A stretch of DNA of 63,757 bases, filler included. It is 5 parts of 5 records of this genome, joined end to end, with 100 filler letters (N's around TTAATTAATTAA, not from the genome) between each part and the next. Parts side by side here need not be neighbours in the genome. Positions count along the whole stretch, not along the records: positions 25,197 to 39,240 come from DRR723986_2435; positions 39,341 to 44,997 come from DRR723986_2436; 3 more parts are not named here. One strand, given 5' to 3'. The position numbers were made by a program, and so were the translations under genes. Positions 30,008 to 41,198 of the stretch are shown piece after piece (within the stretch, counting starts at the first letter, position 1; every line of letters starts with the position of its first letter). The notes under the pieces were generated by a model. It ran no database searches. It was given only the letters and a program-made list of their open reading frames with translations, and had not been told where the DNA came from.

Positions 30008-31486
30008 ATGATAAAGCATTTTATTAATTTAGAATGGAAGCAATATTTTCGTTCATCTTATTGGCAGAAAAACTTAGCATTAAACATTCTCATGGTGTTT
30101 TTTGCACTGTATTTTATAGTTGTATTTTTAGCCTTAGGGTTTGGACTATTGCCAATACTTAAAAAGGTTTTTCCAGATCAAGACCCATTTGTTGTAGCCA
30201 ACGGCTTTTTATTTTTCTGGATAATGGTAGATTTAATGATGCGATTCTTTTTGCAAAAACTACCAGTAATGAGTGTAAAGCCTTTATTAGTGTTACCTAT
30301 TAAGCGTTCTACAGTTGTCCATTATGTTCTTGGGAAATCTGCACTGTCATTTTTTAATTTTTTACCCTTATTTGCAATTGTACCTTTTAGCATAATGCTA
30401 ATTGCAAATGACTATGAAACACCAATGGTAATGACATGGATGTTTACCATGATTATTCTAGTTTTAATCATCAACTTCCTAAATTTTATTGTCGAAGCTT
30501 TATCCGCTGAAACAGAGATGTCTTTTCTACCCTTAATAATTATGGTTGGTACCTTATATGGACTAGACTATTTTAATATATTACCAATTAAATCAGCTTT
30601 AGGAGACGCTTTAATAGCTGTGGCTAACAATCCTATTTTAATACTTGTTCCAATTGCTATTTTATTTTTGTGTTATTGGTATAATTACAAAATTCTTAGA
30701 GAAAAACTCTTTTTGGACAGTTCTTTAAAGTCCAAAGTAACCGAAGTGAGGGCGGCGGATTTATCCTGGACTAAGCGTTTTGGTGATATTGCACCTTTTA
30801 TGCAATTGGATCTTAAACTTATTTGGAGAAATAAGCGCACAAAATCCTCGGTTTTTATTATGGTGATTGGCTTATTGTATGGGTTGTTTTTCTATCCGCA
30901 ACCAATGTATAGGGATATGGTATGGTTATTTCCGTTTATAGGAATTTTTGTAACAGGTATTTTCCTAATAAATTTTGGCCAATTTATTCCGGCTTGGGAC
31001 AGTGGTTATTACAAAATGCTTATGAGTCAGAATATTAAATACGAACAGTATCTGCGTTCTAAATTTATTTTAATGGTTCTTAGTGTAGGTATTATGTTTG
31101 TTCTTAGTATTCCATATGTATATTTTGGCTGGAAAATATTAGTAGCACATTTTGCTGCAGCCATTTATAATATTGGAGTTAACTCCCATGTAATGCTTTA
31201 TGGAGGCTCGTTCAACAGAAAAAAAATTGATCTAAATCAGCGCGCCGCATTTAATTATCAAGGAACAGGAGCTGTACAGTGGATTATCGGGTTACCGTTA
31301 ATGCTATTGCCTATGCTAATATTTGCAATTTTGAACTGGTTGGTTGGTTTTGAAGTTGGTATAGCGGTGCTCATATTAATGGGTATAGCAGGTATTGCAC
31401 TTCATAAAAAACTAATGAAGATGATCACAAAACGATACTTAAATTCAAAATATAAAATGATTGACGCCTTTAGTCAAGATAATTAA
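30008..31486 (+). CDS. ABC transporter permease (DUF5687 family)
   Basis: About 12 TM helices, DLKLIWRNKR motif, directly upstream of an ABC ATPase. TATCTTTG at 29946. Confidence 0.8.
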   Translation: MIKHFINLEWKQYFRSSYWQKNLALNILMVFFALYFIVVFLALGFGLLPILKKVFPDQDPFVVANGFLFFWIMVDLMMRFFLQKLPVMSVKPLLVLPIKRSTVVHYVLGKSALSFFNFLPLFAIVPFSIMLIANDYETPMVMTWMFTMIILVLIINFLNFIVEALSAETEMSFLPLIIMVGTLYGLDYFNILPIKSALGDALIAVANNPILILVPIAILFLCYWYNYKILREKLFLDSSLKSKVTEVRAADLSWTKRFGDIAPFMQLDLKLIWRNKRTKSSVFIMVIGLLYGLFFYPQPMYRDMVWLFPFIGIFVTGIFLINFGQFIPAWDSGYYKMLMSQNIKYEQYLRSKFILMVLSVGIMFVLSIPYVYFGWKILVAHFAAAIYNIGVNSHVMLYGGSFNRKKIDLNQRAAFNYQGTGAVQWIIGLPLMLLPMLIFAILNWLVGFEVGIAVLILMGIAGIALHKKLMKMITKRYLNSKYKMIDAFSQDN

Positions 31487-31500
31487 TAATAGAACACATC

Positions 31501-32223
31501 ATGATATATACAAAAGACATTTCAAAAGCATATAACGGAACAACTGTTCTAAAAGTAGACGAATTAAGTATTCCTAAAGGTCAAAGTTTTGGATTAGTTG
31601 GAAATAATGGTGCTGGTAAAACCACTTACTTTAGTTTGCTACTAGATCTTATAAAACCAACAACAGGTAATATTACAAACAATAGTGTTGTTGTTGATGA
31701 GAGCGAAGATTGGAAACCATTTACATCATCATTTATTGACGAAAGCTTTTTAATTGGGTATTTAACTCCTGAAGAGTATTTTTATTTTATTGGTGACTTA
31801 AGAGGTCAAAATAAAGCAGATGTCGATGCACTAACATCTAAATTTGAAGATTTCTTCAATGGGGAAATTGTTGGTAAAAAGAAATACTTAAGAGACTTAA
31901 GTAAGGGTAACCAAAAGAAAGCAGGTATTGTGGCAGCACTTATTGGTAATCCAGATGTAATTATATTAGATGAACCATTTGCAAACCTAGATCCAACCAC
32001 ACAAATTCGCCTAAAACAGATACTAAAAGATTTAGCAGAAAAACAAGGTGTAACCATTTTAATTTCTAGTCATGATTTAATGCATGTTACTGACGTTTGT
32101 GAACGCATTGTTGTTTTAGAAAAAGGGGAAGTTGTTAAAGATTTAGAGACAAATCCGGCTACGCTAAAAGAATTAGAAGCGTATTTTTCTAGTAACATGG
32201 TAGCGTCTCAAGAAGAGGAATAA
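31501..32223 (+). CDS. ABC transporter ATP-binding protein
   Basis: GNNGAGKT, LSKGNQKK, ILDEPFANLD, SSHDL. Confidence 0.93.
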   Translation: MIYTKDISKAYNGTTVLKVDELSIPKGQSFGLVGNNGAGKTTYFSLLLDLIKPTTGNITNNSVVVDESEDWKPFTSSFIDESFLIGYLTPEEYFYFIGDLRGQNKADVDALTSKFEDFFNGEIVGKKKYLRDLSKGNQKKAGIVAALIGNPDVIILDEPFANLDPTTQIRLKQILKDLAEKQGVTILISSHDLMHVTDVCERIVVLEKGEVVKDLETNPATLKELEAYFSSNMVASQEEE

Positions 32224-32249
32224 ACACTTAATTTCGATAAATTTAGTCT

Positions 32250-32279
32250 AACCCACAATAAATTTTTATTGTGGGTTTT
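32250..32279 (+). terminator. Intrinsic terminator
   Basis: AACCCACAATAAA-TT-TTTATTGTGGGTT-TT. Confidence 0.7.
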
Positions 32280-32412
32280 CCATTTTACGAGAGTTCTATG
32301 TTCCCGAAAAACCTTCAAATTAAGCCTAAAATTCAAAAAGATGTTTATTTTTACCACTTAACACACTAAATACGTTAGAATTTAGTTATCTATTAATCAA
32401 ATAGAACCAACG

Positions 32413-35022
32413 TTGAAGACCCATTTCAAGATTATATTATCTCTTTTTTGTGTCGTGCTATTTACCCAAAGCTGCTCGCGTAAAAAAAACACGTTTATTA
32501 ACCGCAACTTTCATGCTTTAGGCACCAAATACAACATATTATACAACGGCAACATAGCATTAGAAAGAGGTAAAGAATCGGTTAATAATCAATATACCGA
32601 GAACTTTTGGGAGTTGCTACCTATAGAACGAATGGATGTTAAGGATGATGTATTTCTTCCTGGACAAACTAAGAATGAAGATTTTGAGCGTGCTGAAGAA
32701 AAAGCCATTAAAGCTATTCAACTTCATGGGATGAATATTGATGGTAAAGAAAAAAATCCGCAAATAGACGAAGCTTACTTGTTGCTAGGGAAAGCAAGAT
32801 ATTTTGATCAACGTTTTGTGCCAGCATTGGCAGCATTCAATAATATTCTAAACAAATATCCAACCAGTGATAAAATTAATCAGGTTAAGATTTGGAGAGA
32901 AAAAGCGGATATGCGTTTAGAAAATAATGAGATTGCTATTAAAAAGCTTAAGCGTCTAATGCGCGAAGAGCTTTTAGAAGACCAAGATCTTGCAGACGCC
33001 AAAGCAACTTTAGCGCAGGCTTATATAAATATTGAAGCTAAAGATAGCGCTATGGCAGAATTAGCCACCGCAGCAGAGCATACTAAAATAAAAAGTGAAA
33101 AAGCGCGATATCATTTTATAAGAGGACAATTGTTTAATGAGTTTGGCAAAAAGGATAGTGCTAATTTAGAATTTGATGCAATTATAGATATGCATCGTCA
33201 AATACCACGTGCGTTTTATATCAATGCACATCTTCAAAAATCATATAATTTTGATGCCGAAAATGGTAATTTAGAAGAGTTTACAGAATACCTAACAGAC
33301 CTAGAAGAAAACAGAGAAAACCGTCCTTATTTAGATAAAATATATTATCGTATAGCAGAGTTTCATCGTGAAAGTGCTTCAGATAGCCTATCTGAAGTGT
33401 ATTACAATAAGTCACTCACTAAGAGTAAAGGAGACAATTACCTCACAGCTTTAAATTATGAGACACTAGGTAATATGTACTTTGATCGCAACATTTACAG
33501 AACTGCTGGGCAATATTATGATAGTACCATGACTGCAATGGTTGAGAATTCTAAGCCTTATCGTATCATAAAAAAGAAGAGAGAAAATTTAGATGATGTC
33601 ATATATTACGAAGGGATAGCTCAAGCCAATGACAGCATTCTTAGAATAGTTAGTTTGCCTAAAGAAGAACAGTTGGTGATTTATACTGAGTTCGCAGAGC
33701 AACTTAAGGCTAAAGCATTAGAGGAGGAGGAGAAGAGAAAAGAGATTTTAGAGAAAAGAAAGAATAAGTCCACTTCAGATAAAGCAAATAGTAAATTTGA
33801 TAAGGGTAATGCAAAAATTGGAAGAAATCCAAACCCTCTTTCAATAGGAAATTCTAATAAACGAAGCAGTAGTAGTTTTTACTTTTATAATCCATCGACT
33901 GTTGCATACGGAAAGAATGAATTCATTAAGATTTGGGGAGAAAGAAAACTTCAAGACAATTGGAGGTTATATAAACAATTGGTGACAGCACAAAACACAA
34001 CAAAAAAGGAAGTTGTTAAATCTAAAAAGAAAGAAGAACGTTTCAATCCAGAATTTTATTTAGCACAATTACCAACAGAGCAAAAAGAAATTGATAGTAT
34101 TTTTAGAGAGCGCAACTATGCATATTACCAATTAGGAATAATCTATAAAGAAAAATTTAAAGAGTTTGTACTAGCTAAAAATAAATTAGAAACATTATTA
34201 GATAACAACCCAGAAGACCGTTTAGTGCTGCCTTCTAAATATAATTTATTACGTATTTATGAAGAGCTAGGATTAAACCGAAAGGCTGAGTTGGTAAAGG
34301 CAGATATAATTAAGAATTATCCAGATTCAAGATATGCTGAAATTTTATTAAATCCTCAATCTGAATTGGCTAAGGACGAGAATAGTCCAGAATCAATTTA
34401 CACTAAACTGTATGAACAATTTAATAATCAAGAATACGCGGCAGTTATAGAAGGTGCTGAAGCTCAAATAAAAAGATTAGAAGGCGATCCAATTGTTCCG
34501 AAGTTTGAGATTTTAAAAGCGTCAGCGCGAGGTAGGCTCTATGGATTTGAAGCTTACAAAGAAGGTATAAATTATATAGCGCTAACTTATGCGAATACTG
34601 AAGAAGGTAAAAAAGCGCAGCAGTTAATGAAAGATGCTATACCAGCATTGGCTAAAAATGAGTTTCTACCAGATGACAAAGCCCAATATTTTAATGTTAT
34701 TTATAAATTTGAAAATAATTCAGGTGAAGACATTGAAGCATTTATGAAGATTCTAGATGAAGAGGTTGCGAAGGTAAAATACTTTGAATTAACCACATCT
34801 AGAGATGTCTATGATGAAAACACTACCTTTGTAGTAGTGCATGGATTAAAAAGTATTGTTGGAGCAAGTGGTTTTGCACAGCTCTTACGAACTGATGAAA
34901 AAGATAAGAGAGGTAGGCCTGTAAAACCAAAAATAACAAAGCCTTACTTTGCTATTTCGTCTCCAAATTATGCTATTATCCAACGACATAAAAATTTAAG
35001 CGCGTACTTAAAGTTACAATAA
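32413..35022 (+). CDS. sprE: Type IX secretion/gliding TPR lipoprotein SprE/PorW
   Basis: Lipobox TQS-C followed by SRKKNTFINRNFH...YNILYNG; TPRs; FYFYN...WGERKLQDNWR. Sits upstream of bactofilin and the atp operon. Confidence 0.85.
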   Translation: MKTHFKIILSLFCVVLFTQSCSRKKNTFINRNFHALGTKYNILYNGNIALERGKESVNNQYTENFWELLPIERMDVKDDVFLPGQTKNEDFERAEEKAIKAIQLHGMNIDGKEKNPQIDEAYLLLGKARYFDQRFVPALAAFNNILNKYPTSDKINQVKIWREKADMRLENNEIAIKKLKRLMREELLEDQDLADAKATLAQAYINIEAKDSAMAELATAAEHTKIKSEKARYHFIRGQLFNEFGKKDSANLEFDAIIDMHRQIPRAFYINAHLQKSYNFDAENGNLEEFTEYLTDLEENRENRPYLDKIYYRIAEFHRESASDSLSEVYYNKSLTKSKGDNYLTALNYETLGNMYFDRNIYRTAGQYYDSTMTAMVENSKPYRIIKKKRENLDDVIYYEGIAQANDSILRIVSLPKEEQLVIYTEFAEQLKAKALEEEEKRKEILEKRKNKSTSDKANSKFDKGNAKIGRNPNPLSIGNSNKRSSSSFYFYNPSTVAYGKNEFIKIWGERKLQDNWRLYKQLVTAQNTTKKEVVKSKKKEERFNPEFYLAQLPTEQKEIDSIFRERNYAYYQLGIIYKEKFKEFVLAKNKLETLLDNNPEDRLVLPSKYNLLRIYEELGLNRKAELVKADIIKNYPDSRYAEILLNPQSELAKDENSPESIYTKLYEQFNNQEYAAVIEGAEAQIKRLEGDPIVPKFEILKASARGRLYGFEAYKEGINYIALTYANTEEGKKAQQLMKDAIPALAKNEFLPDDKAQYFNVIYKFENNSGEDIEAFMKILDEEVAKVKYFELTTSRDVYDENTTFVVVHGLKSIVGASGFAQLLRTDEKDKRGRPVKPKITKPYFAISSPNYAIIQRHKNLSAYLKLQ

Positions 35023-35034
35023 AAAACAGTAATC

Positions 35035-35472
35035 ATGTTTTCCTCAGACAATAAAAAAACCAAGTTAAATATGGAAACTTCGACATCGCAGAATATTATA
35101 GCTCAAGGAACAAAAATAGTTGGAGATATTGTAAGCCAAGGCCCTTTTAGAATAGATGGAACCATAGACGGCAACCTTAAAACCACTGGTAAAGTTGTAG
35201 TTGGTAAATCGGGCATTATTAAAGGAACACTTCAAGGGGAAAATGCTGATTTTGAAGGTAAGTTCTCAGGTAAATTAATTCTTTCAGGCACATTGTCATT
35301 AAAAGCAACTGCACATATAGAAGGTGAAGTTCAGGTAAGTAAATTAGCAGTAGAGCCTGGCGCTACTTTTAATGCGACTTGTAGTATGAAGGGAGCGGTA
35401 AAAGCATTATCTAATGAGCCAATCAAATCACAACAAACTTCCCAAACCCAAAGATCAGAAAGACAGGCTTAA
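35035..35472 (+). CDS. Bactofilin (polymer-forming cytoskeletal protein)
   Basis: IIAQGTKIVGD...FRIDG...VVVGKSG.IKG...LAVEPGATFNA beta-helix. Confidence 0.9.
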   Translation: MFSSDNKKTKLNMETSTSQNIIAQGTKIVGDIVSQGPFRIDGTIDGNLKTTGKVVVGKSGIIKGTLQGENADFEGKFSGKLILSGTLSLKATAHIEGEVQVSKLAVEPGATFNATCSMKGAVKALSNEPIKSQQTSQTQRSERQA

Positions 35473-35671
35473 TTCATATGCTCGTTTTTCAGGTATTGCT
35501 ATTCAAATGTTTGCAATTATTGGCATTGGCACCTATGCAGGTGTTAAATTAGATGCGCATTATCCAAATAAGTATAACTTATATACATTAATATTGTCAT
35601 TATCGTCTGTTATTTTATCAATTGTTTTTGTGATAAGGCGTATTATTGCAGCATCAAAAGACAATTCTTAA
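35414..35671 (+). CDS. AtpZ/AtpI family protein
   Basis: YARFSGIAIQM...GVKLD, two TM helices, upstream of atpB. Confidence 0.8.
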   Translation: MSQSNHNKLPKPKDQKDRLNSYARFSGIAIQMFAIIGIGTYAGVKLDAHYPNKYNLYTLILSLSSVILSIVFVIRRIIAASKDNS

Positions 35672-35678
35672 AACAAAA

Positions 35679-36074
35679 ATGGAAGAGTTTAAAAAGAGAC
35701 AGGTTGTTTTTCTGCTTCAATTAATTGGTGTTAGTGCGGTTTTATTTGCTATTCACAGCTATTTATTATATCATTTTGCTAGTGAAAGGGTTTTCTTTTT
35801 CCCTATCTGGCAGATCTATACTTTCCATTTGATAATCACCTTGTTGCTTTTTACTATTATTAATTACAGATATTCTTCAGGAAAAAAAGACATCTTTAAT
35901 TTGTTTATGGCTATGACCATTATAAAGATGGTCCTGGCTATTTTATTCTTATTACCTTTAATACTGTCTGATTTTAAGAATAAGCAACCAGATGTATTCA
36001 ATTTTTTTATTCCTTATTTCTTGTATTTATTTTTTGAGGTTTTTGCACTTACAAAATTTCTTCAAAAGCCCTGA
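35679..36074 (+). CDS. 4-TM membrane protein upstream of atpB (DUF6168/AtpI-like)
   Basis: Hydrophobic; FMAMTIIKM and FFIPYFLYLFFEV motifs. Confidence 0.75.
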   Translation: MEEFKKRQVVFLLQLIGVSAVLFAIHSYLLYHFASERVFFFPIWQIYTFHLIITLLLFTIINYRYSSGKKDIFNLFMAMTIIKMVLAILFLLPLILSDFKNKQPDVFNFFIPYFLYLFFEVFALTKFLQKP

Positions 36075-36152
36075 GCAATAAATTTTAAAACTCTCTATAA
36101 ATCAAAGGTTTTTATCGATAAAAGACCATAAAAAATTATAGCAAAATTATTG

Positions 36153-36183
36153 TTTGTCAATTCATATAATGTACGTACATTTG
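36153..36183 (+). promoter_or_regulatory. Bacteroidota housekeeping promoter for atpB
   Basis: TTTG(36153)-N19-TACATTTG(36176) matches -33 TTTG / -7 TAnnTTTG. Confidence 0.7.
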
Positions 36184-36221
36184 CACGGAATTTAAAGCAT
36201 GGTATTTTAAAGCCGTAAATA

Positions 36222-37307
36222 ATGACATTAAGCACCTTTAAACGTATAGTATTTACCGTTCTGTTTTTATCAGTATTTAGCGTTGGTTTCGCCAAAGACG
36301 CTAAAGAGGAAGGAGATGATGAAAAGTTTGACCCAAAAGAAATGATTATGCATCACGTAAAAGATGCTCATGAGTTTCATATTATTGATTGGAATGAAAA
36401 ACCAATATCATTACCTTTACCAATTATCCTTTGGACGGATAATGGCCTAACTACATTTATGTCATATGCCTTTCATCATGACGACTCAGGTCATGAGATT
36501 GTGGAAAGAAATGGAGCTAAGTTTGTTAAATTTCATGAAAAGATTTATCAATTAAATGATGGTACTACTGAGGCTGAATTTGATGAGAAGCACAACCTTA
36601 TCAACGGAACAAAACCTTTAGATTTTTCAATTACAAGAAACGTGTTTATGATGTGGGTTTCTGTAGCAGTATTGTTATTTATTTTTTTCTCTGCGGCTCG
36701 CAGTTACAGAAAAAGCGAAGACAATGTGCCTTCAGGGATTGGGAGTTTTGTAGAGCCATTGGTTGTATTTGTTAGAGATGAGATTGCAAAGCCAATGATT
36801 GGTGAGCATAAATACAAAAGATACATGCCGTATCTATTAACCATATTTTTCTTTATATGGATTAATAACATATTTGGTTTAATACCAATTTTAAATGGAG
36901 CCAATCTAAGTGGTAACATTGCATTTACAATGGTATTAGCCATTTTCACATTTATTATCACAACGTTTAGTGGAAACAAAAACTATTGGCAACATATTTT
37001 TTGGATGCCTGGAGTACCTGTTCCGATGAAGATATTTTTAATGCCTATAGAAATCATAGGTATGTTTACAAAGCCAATTTCGTTAATGATACGTTTGTTT
37101 GCTAATATTACAGCGGGTCACATTATCATATTAGCGTTAATGTCTTTAATATTTATTTTTAAATCTGTTGCTATTGCACCAGTTTCTGTAGCGTTTTCAT
37201 TATTTATTACGGTTATAGAAATTGTTGTAACGGCAATACAAGCATATATATTTACAATATTGTCAGCCTTATATTTTGGTATGGCAACTGAAGAAGCGCA
37301 TCATTAA
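36222..37307 (+). CDS. atpB: F0F1 ATP synthase subunit a
   Basis: SLMIRLFANITAGH, IQAYIF; Bacteroidota-type N-terminal extension. Confidence 0.95.
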   Translation: MTLSTFKRIVFTVLFLSVFSVGFAKDAKEEGDDEKFDPKEMIMHHVKDAHEFHIIDWNEKPISLPLPIILWTDNGLTTFMSYAFHHDDSGHEIVERNGAKFVKFHEKIYQLNDGTTEAEFDEKHNLINGTKPLDFSITRNVFMMWVSVAVLLFIFFSAARSYRKSEDNVPSGIGSFVEPLVVFVRDEIAKPMIGEHKYKRYMPYLLTIFFFIWINNIFGLIPILNGANLSGNIAFTMVLAIFTFIITTFSGNKNYWQHIFWMPGVPVPMKIFLMPIEIIGMFTKPISLMIRLFANITAGHIIILALMSLIFIFKSVAIAPVSVAFSLFITVIEIVVTAIQAYIFTILSALYFGMATEEAHH

Positions 37308-37311
37308 TTAA

Positions 37312-37548
<237 letters not shown>

Positions 37549-37626
37549 GTATTGCACTAAATTATACACAGAAGTAACGGTTGGTTGCTTCTGTGTATAA
37601 AATTTAAATTATTTAACACAAAAGAA

Positions 37627-38121
37627 ATGGATTTAGTACAACCAGGTTTTGGATTAGTTTTTTGGACAGCAATAACATTCTTAATCTTACTTTTTATATT
37701 AAGAAAGTTTGCTTGGAAACCTATTTTAGGTGCAGTTAGTGATAGAGAAGAAGGTATTAAAGATGCTTTAGCTTCTGCTGAAAAAGCACGTAAAGAAATG
37801 GAAAATCTTCAGGCAGATAATGAGCGCATTTTACAAGAAGCACGTGCAGAGCGTGAGGCGATGTTAAAGGATGCTCGTGAAATGAAGAATAAATTAATAG
37901 CCGATGCAAAAGACGAAGCTCAGGCTCAGGCAAGTAAAATGATTGAGCAAGCTCAAGAAGCGATAGAAAGTGAAAAGAAAGCAGCAATGGCTGAATTAAA
38001 AAGTCATGTTGCAGGTTTATCATTAAATATTGCTGAAAAAGTAGTACGTGATGAATTATCTAACAAAGACAAGCAATTAAAATTGGTAGAAGATATGTTA
38101 GGTGAAGCAACTTTAAACTAA
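37627..38121 (+). CDS. atpF: F0F1 ATP synthase subunit b
   Basis: TM-KFAWKPIL..V..RE followed by coiled coil. Confidence 0.95.
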   Translation: MDLVQPGFGLVFWTAITFLILLFILRKFAWKPILGAVSDREEGIKDALASAEKARKEMENLQADNERILQEARAEREAMLKDAREMKNKLIADAKDEAQAQASKMIEQAQEAIESEKKAAMAELKSHVAGLSLNIAEKVVRDELSNKDKQLKLVEDMLGEATLN

Positions 38122-38127
38122 AAATAA

Positions 38128-38664
38128 ATGTCAGGATCAAGAGCAGCAGTTAGATATGCTAAAGCGGTTTTGAGCTTAGCAACAGATCAGAAAGCAGCAG
38201 ATGTAGTAAACAGTGATATGAAGATTATTGCTGAAACTATCTCTAGTAGCGATGAATTAAATCAAATGCTTCAAAGTCCTGTAGTTAGATCATCAGATAA
38301 GAAAGCTGTATTAGCTTCTGTGTTTTCTAAAGTTAACCAAAACACAAGTAATTTAGTAGACACTTTAATCGCTAATAAAAGATTAGCATTATTAAATGAT
38401 GTGGCTACAAGTTATGTTCATTTATATGATCAATTAAGAGGTAGTCAGGTTGCTACAGTAACTACAGCGGTGCCTTTGACAGCAGATTTAAAGACAAAAG
38501 TTTTAGCAAAAGTTAAGGAACTTACAGGTAAAGAAGCTGAAGTAGAAAATATTATAGATGAAAGCATTTTAGGTGGTTTCATATTACGAGTTGGTGATAT
38601 TCAGTATAATGCTAGCATTTCAAATAAACTCGAAAAATTAAAAAGAGAATTTACATTAAATTAA
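38128..38664 (+). CDS. atpH: F0F1 ATP synthase subunit delta
   Basis: RYAKA, VTTAVPL, ILGGFILRVGD. Confidence 0.95.
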   Translation: MSGSRAAVRYAKAVLSLATDQKAADVVNSDMKIIAETISSSDELNQMLQSPVVRSSDKKAVLASVFSKVNQNTSNLVDTLIANKRLALLNDVATSYVHLYDQLRGSQVATVTTAVPLTADLKTKVLAKVKELTGKEAEVENIIDESILGGFILRVGDIQYNASISNKLEKLKREFTLN

Positions 38665-38691
38665 GATAATATCTATCTAATATAAATAAAG

Positions 38692-39240
38692 ATGGCAGAA
38701 GTAAAACCAGCTGAGATATCAGCAATCTTAAAACAACAACTTTCAGGATTTGAAGCAGGTGCTTCATTAGACGAAGTAGGAACAGTATTAACTGTAGGTG
38801 ATGGTATTGTACGTGCTTACGGATTAGCTAACGCACAATATGGTGAGTTAGTAGAATTTGAAGGTGGTGCAGAAGGAATTGTACTTAACCTTGAAGAAGA
38901 CAACGTAGGTATCGTATTATTAGGTACATCAGTAGGAGTAAAAGAAGGATCTACAGTAAAACGTACTGAGCGTATCGCATCTGTGAAAGTAGGTGAAGGT
39001 ATTGTTGGACGTGTTGTAGATACTTTAGGTAATCCAATTGATGGTAAAGGACCAATTGCTGGTGAAACTTATGAAATGCCACTTGAGCGTAAAGCTCCAG
39101 GTGTTATCTACAGAGAGCCAGTAACTGAGCCATTACAAACAGGTATTAAGGCAATTGACGCTATGATTCCTGTGGGTAGAGGTCAGCGTGAGCTTGTTAT
39201 TGGTGACCGTCAAACTGGTAAAACAACAGTTTGTATTGAT
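38692..39240 (+). CDS. atpA: F0F1 ATP synthase subunit alpha, 3'-truncated
   Basis: [32 protein letters not shown]. Confidence 0.97.
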
Positions 39241-39340
39241 NNNNNNNNNNNNNNNNNNNNNNNNNNNNNNNNNNNNNNNNNNNNTTAATTAATTAANNNN
39301 NNNNNNNNNNNNNNNNNNNNNNNNNNNNNNNNNNNNNNNN
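39241..39340. other. Artificial contig linker
   Basis: N-run + TTAATTAATTAA + N-run. Confidence 0.97.
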
Positions 39341-39476
39341 GCGACAAACAAGATGCTCAAAAAGCAAGCCGATGTGCCAACAAGCGGCGCTGCAATCATC
39401 ATTTTCTCTCATTTTTCTCTCATTTTTTCCGAATACCCCCAGCGAAAACTATGTTAACAGATAGTACAAGCTGCTT

Positions 39477-41198
39477 ATGCCTCACAAATCCGATTCGCCG
39501 GCCTCAGAAGTTAAAAACAAGCTTGTAGAGCTACTGCAAAATTTGAGCGATAGTGCTGCGGGAGAGCCGCAGGCAACACTGGCACGGCTGGCAGAACATC
39601 TTGAGGAGCAGAAGACATTTGACGCGCATCCGGAAACACACTGCCGCGCGCTGATTCTGCAGGCAAAACTGTTGAGCCAGACAAGCTCCGAGGCAATTGG
39701 CGAGGATTATCTGTTGCGGGCCCTGGCACTGAGTGAAGACCATAACCTGCCACTACTGCGCAGCCAGATTCTGATAGCCCTGGGGATGATGGCCAGCGCA
39801 TTTAACGATTTTATTCTGGCTGAAAAACAATTGAGCATGGCGCTTGAATCTGCGCGGACGAATCAACAAGACCACATAATTGCAGAAGCACACAGTTGCC
39901 TGGCTACAGTGCAAAACAAACTGGGCGACTATCACAAGGCGATCCAATTTGGGCTTGATGCCCTGCAAAACTACCGCGAGTTAAACAACATCGGCGGCCA
40001 GGCAGCGGCACTTAACACAATTGCGCTGATTTACCACGACCTACGCGAATTTGACAGTGCGATTGAATATGCCGAGCAGGCCCTGAACCTCTGTAAAAAA
40101 GTCAAAGAACTGGCGGGAGCGTTTTTAAGCAATTTTATCCTGGGCAAATGCAGACTACACAACCGCAACCTGGACAAAGCGATTGGACACTTCAGTGCCG
40201 CAGCCGGATACTCGGGAACAGGAGCGGAAACAAAACGCGCGTTAATACAAGCTTACCTGGCATACGCACATGCCAAAAATTCCTCGGCTACACCTGCACT
40301 TAAATATCTGGAGATTGCCCAAACCGCCGCCGGCGTATTGACAAATTCGAGCGACAAACACGAATGGAACTACTACTGTGCGCGGACATACTTTCAATTA
40401 AAACAGTTTGACGCGGCGCTTGAAATTTTACAGAGGCTGGTTTCCCCCGCCGCGGCAGAAGTCTCACCGCTGGCGACTCATGAGACGCAGCAGTTAATGG
40501 CGGATACCTTGAAGAGTCTCGGCAAGGTCAACGAAGCCCAATATTATCAGCGTCTGGCGGCACGCCTGCGTGAAGAGCAGCGCAGTTTGCAGGTAGTGCG
40601 CGAAATATACAGCGTCACGACCAGACGCGAGTTACTGGAAAAAGAGTTTAGGGCAAAGACGCACCGTCAGCATGTCGGCTCCGGGAGCAGTTCGGTCGCC
40701 AGTTCTGGTGGTGGAGCCGGCGCGGGACATCTGCGGCGCAGGCTGGAAGAAACGCTGCGCTCACATGTGCGCAGTAGTGAGGTTCTGAATGCCTCCAGGA
40801 GTGAACTACTTAAACTATTGCCGGAGCTGGATGCAGGCGCGGTGCGGATAGCTAAAACAACGCTGGGTAAAATCGATAATGGACTGGAGACGCTGCAACA
40901 TTCGCCGCTGCCGGACGGTTTCCTGGAAGAGCAGCATCACGACCTGGTTAACAGCTTGCGCAAGAACTGCCCACAGATTACGCCGGCTGAACTACGCATT
41001 TGTGTTTTGCTTCAGCTGCGCTTCCGCAGCAAAGAAATTGCACAGATGCTGGCCTGTTCGGCTGAGACAGTGAGCACACACCGGCGCAACATCCGCAAAA
41101 AGTTAAACCTTCCCGGCGGGGCGAACCTGACGAAATATCTGGAAACGCTGCCGCAACTACAAATCGAAACTCACTCTGAGCCTACAGGATCACCGTGA
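39477..41198 (+). CDS. TPR-repeat protein with C-terminal LuxR-type HTH (paralogue 1)
   Basis: TPR helices (LGDYHKAIQFGLDALQNY; ALNTIALIY...FDSAIEY). HTH ITPAELRICVLL...SKEIAQML..SAETVSTHRRNIRKKL. Confidence 0.85.
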   Translation: MPHKSDSPASEVKNKLVELLQNLSDSAAGEPQATLARLAEHLEEQKTFDAHPETHCRALILQAKLLSQTSSEAIGEDYLLRALALSEDHNLPLLRSQILIALGMMASAFNDFILAEKQLSMALESARTNQQDHIIAEAHSCLATVQNKLGDYHKAIQFGLDALQNYRELNNIGGQAAALNTIALIYHDLREFDSAIEYAEQALNLCKKVKELAGAFLSNFILGKCRLHNRNLDKAIGHFSAAAGYSGTGAETKRALIQAYLAYAHAKNSSATPALKYLEIAQTAAGVLTNSSDKHEWNYYCARTYFQLKQFDAALEILQRLVSPAAAEVSPLATHETQQLMADTLKSLGKVNEAQYYQRLAARLREEQRSLQVVREIYSVTTRRELLEKEFRAKTHRQHVGSGSSSVASSGGGAGAGHLRRRLEETLRSHVRSSEVLNASRSELLKLLPELDAGAVRIAKTTLGKIDNGLETLQHSPLPDGFLEEQHHDLVNSLRKNCPQITPAELRICVLLQLRFRSKEIAQMLACSAETVSTHRRNIRKKLNLPGGANLTKYLETLPQLQIETHSEPTGSP

